Assembly (NCBI GenBank): GCA_963514005.1
Contig: OY740813.1
Location: 16,120,001 to 16,184,000, forward strand
Length of the DNA: 64,000 bases
Direction: 5' to 3'
Source: Raja brachyura
Lineage: Eukaryota
A program made the position numbers and the translations under genes. The notes beneath the pieces are model-generated. The model saw only the letters and a list, made by a program, of their open reading frames with translations, searched no databases and was not told the origin of the DNA. How positions within the stretch are numbered: position 1 is the first letter of the stretch; the number at the start of each line of letters is the position of its first letter. Positions 61,924-64,000 of the stretch are shown piece by piece.

Positions 61924-62438
61924 ATAGACATATACGTGGAAAATAGGTGCAGGAGGAGGCCATTCGGCCCTTCGAGCCAGCACTACCATTCATTGTGATC
62001 ATGGCTGATCGTCCTCTATCAATAACCCGTGCCTGCCTTCTCCCCATATCCCTTGACTCCACTAGCCCCTAGAGCTCTATCTGACTCTCTCTTAAATCCA
62101 TCCAGTGACTTGGCCTCCACTGCCCTCTGTGGCAGGGAATTCCATAAATTCACAACTCTCTGGGTGAAAAAGCTTTTTTCTCACCTCAGTCTAAAATGGC
62201 CTCCCCTTTATTCTAAGACTGTGGCCCCTGGTTTCTGGACTCACCCAACATTGGGAACATTTTTCCTGCATCTAGCTTGTCCAGTCCATTTATAATTGTA
62301 TATGTTTCTATAAGATCCCCCCCTCATCCTTCTAAACTCCAGTGAATACAAGCCTAGCCTTTTCAATCTTTCCTCATATGACAGTCCCGCCATCCCAGGG
62401 ATCAATCTCGTGAACCTACGCTGCACTGCCTCAATCAC
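61924..62438 (-). mobile_element. Young CR1 3' end
   Basis: IEAVQRRFTRLIPGMAGLSYEERLKRLGLYSLEFRRMRG. Near-identical to 4735-5171 in reverse. Confidence 0.92.
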
Positions 62439-62555
62439 AATCTCAATCTCCTCCCACTCTCACAGATACCGAGCCCGCATATGCAGCAATGGTGGCTCCT
62501 AAGTACTTATTCCGCAGATACTTAAAGTTCACACCCAGTTTGGTGGTCTGGACAC

Positions 62556-62680
62556 ATCAGTCTGAAGAAGGGTCCTGCCGCCGTTGTTCATTCCCTCCAC
62601 AGATGCTGCCTGACCTGCTGAGGTTCTCCCGCACTTTGTTTTTTGCTCAGGATTCCAGCGTCTGCAGTTTCTTATGTCTC
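62556..62680 (+). mobile_element. Degenerate Penelope-derived end
   Basis: catcagtctgaagaagggtcc...cagatgctgcctgacctgctgag...ccagcgtctgcagtt. Confidence 0.65.
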
Positions 62681-63127
62681 CAGTGACGAAGCGAGGCTGA
62701 ACCACACACACGTGTCGTTTGAGAAGGGCAAACTAGGCTTGGGACATTAAATACTCGTCGGGATACTGAGAAATATCGAGAGTGCGACTCTCCATATCTC
62801 TTCAGATAGTGGGGGGAACGGAGTGGGTTGGTTAAAATTGAGCTTCCTGGCCGATGTAGAGAGAATTGGACAAGGTGGAATCACAGAGAAAGCGCCCGCT
62901 CACTTCAGGTTACTGTAACTGGAAGGTTGTAATCGCAACAAAGAGGAGATTTAGGAGGATGTCAGGTGCGGAGAAATGTAGTTAATGATAACGTACTTGT
63001 TGGAACACCTGCTCGGTCCAAGATCAGGCACTGGGGTTAAGAAACTGCTCCTTCATTGGCAGACATGGATACAGTGGGCCGAAGGGTCTCCTGCGTTATC
63101 CCGGGTGGTGCTGTACATCTTTGTGAA

Positions 63128-63560
63128 TGAAGGAACTGTTGATGCTGGCTTAAACCGAAGATAGGCACAAAATGCTGGAGTAACTCAGCGGGTCAGGCAG
63201 CATCTCTGGAGAAAAGGGATAGGTGACGTTTCGGGTCGAGACCCTTCTTCAGGCCGAGTGTCAGGGGAGAGGGAACACAGAGATATAGACGGTACATAGG
63301 AATGAAGGATATGCAAAAAAGTGATCTTTGTTAGGCCGGTGGAATGTCAGTTGTGGCCCAGAAAAAGTTACCGTTTCCTGGAACTGAGAGAATTGGGACT
63401 GGGAGGAAAGCAACTGTGTTTCAAAAAGGTCATTGGTATGAAGAAATATCCGCCGTGGGGAGGAGGCGCGGAGACACGTTCTGCTGAATGGGGGACGTCC
63501 TCAATGGTCAACTCCCTCGGTCTCGCTTCACTCGCGGCGTGGCCTTGTTGGGCCTGTTTC
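63128..63560 (-). mobile_element. Penelope-like 3' end with intact hammerhead core (63225-63252)
   Basis: Minus strand reads CTGAAGA-A-GGG-tctcga-CCC-GAAAC-GTC-acctatccc. Continues into a purine-rich PLE 3' UTR similar to 37553-37700. Confidence 0.78.
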
Positions 63561-63899
63561 TGTGTTGTTTGACCCAATAGTTCTATGACTCCCATACTCA
63601 CGGCCCTTTCCCATCGAAGACTGAAGCATTTGCCCAGTGTCACCTATTCACATCTAGTTTGCTTCATTCAACCCCGTGTGGTGGGAAGTTTCTGCCCATT
63701 ACATTCGCCCTACAAACCTCAAAACATTTCATTGTCTCTGCCAATAAGAACTTTCAGAGAAGGCAATGATCTGGACAGGAGGCTGGATGACTGAGAATTG
63801 CTCCCGCATTGGCCTTGGGATTTCATTGGCAGTACCCCCCTCATACCCCACTCTGTCCCAGACAGGAGCTTCAAGTTGGCGATAAGAGCACAACATCTA

Positions 63900-64000
63900 T
63901 CTGAAGAATCAGTCTGAAGAAAGTTCTCGACCCTAACGTCACTATCCCTTTTCTCCAGAGATGCTGTGGACCCGCTGAGTTACTCCAGCATTTTGTGTCT
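63900..64000 (+). mobile_element. Penelope-derived end running off the window edge
   Basis: ctgaagaatcagtctgaagaaagttctcgaccctaacgtcac...gctgagttactccagcattttgtgtct. Confidence 0.75.

Noticed and set aside
59600-64000. Exons of ddx31, expected downstream by synteny
   Set aside because: No DEAD-box or DDX31-like peptide recognised; the gene probably lies beyond the window.

Overview
Vertebrate genomic DNA, most likely from a cartilaginous fish (skate/ray inferred from the repeat set: CR1 LINEs, HE1/V-SINE-like elements, Penelope and Rex1/Babar; species cannot be fixed from sequence alone). Two + strand genes are present in the same order as in human. The first is the last three coding exons of cfap77 (1182-1287, 3750-3851, 24051-24173), which the ORF track misses. 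The second is a complete three-exon barhl1 homeobox gene (46285-46735, 50906-51128, 56229-56520; 321 aa). The rest is intronic/intergenic DNA with many CR1 fragments, a Rex1/Babar element split by a GC-rich non-autonomous insert, a 5'-truncated IR/DR-type Tc1, nested PIF/Harbinger MITEs and many Penelope-derived pieces. The most notable signal is a dispersed family of minimal hammerhead-ribozyme cores (CTGAAGA-A-GGG-N6-CCC-GAAAC-GTC) carried by Penelope-type ends. One is a young 223-bp TSD-flanked insertion that is a near-perfect 92-bp-arm palindrome with one hammerhead on each strand. CpG retention rises visibly from about 35.5 kb onward around barhl1, and several repeat-free blocks look like conserved enhancers. 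Gene identities rest on recalled homologue sequences, and most repeat boundaries are approximate.
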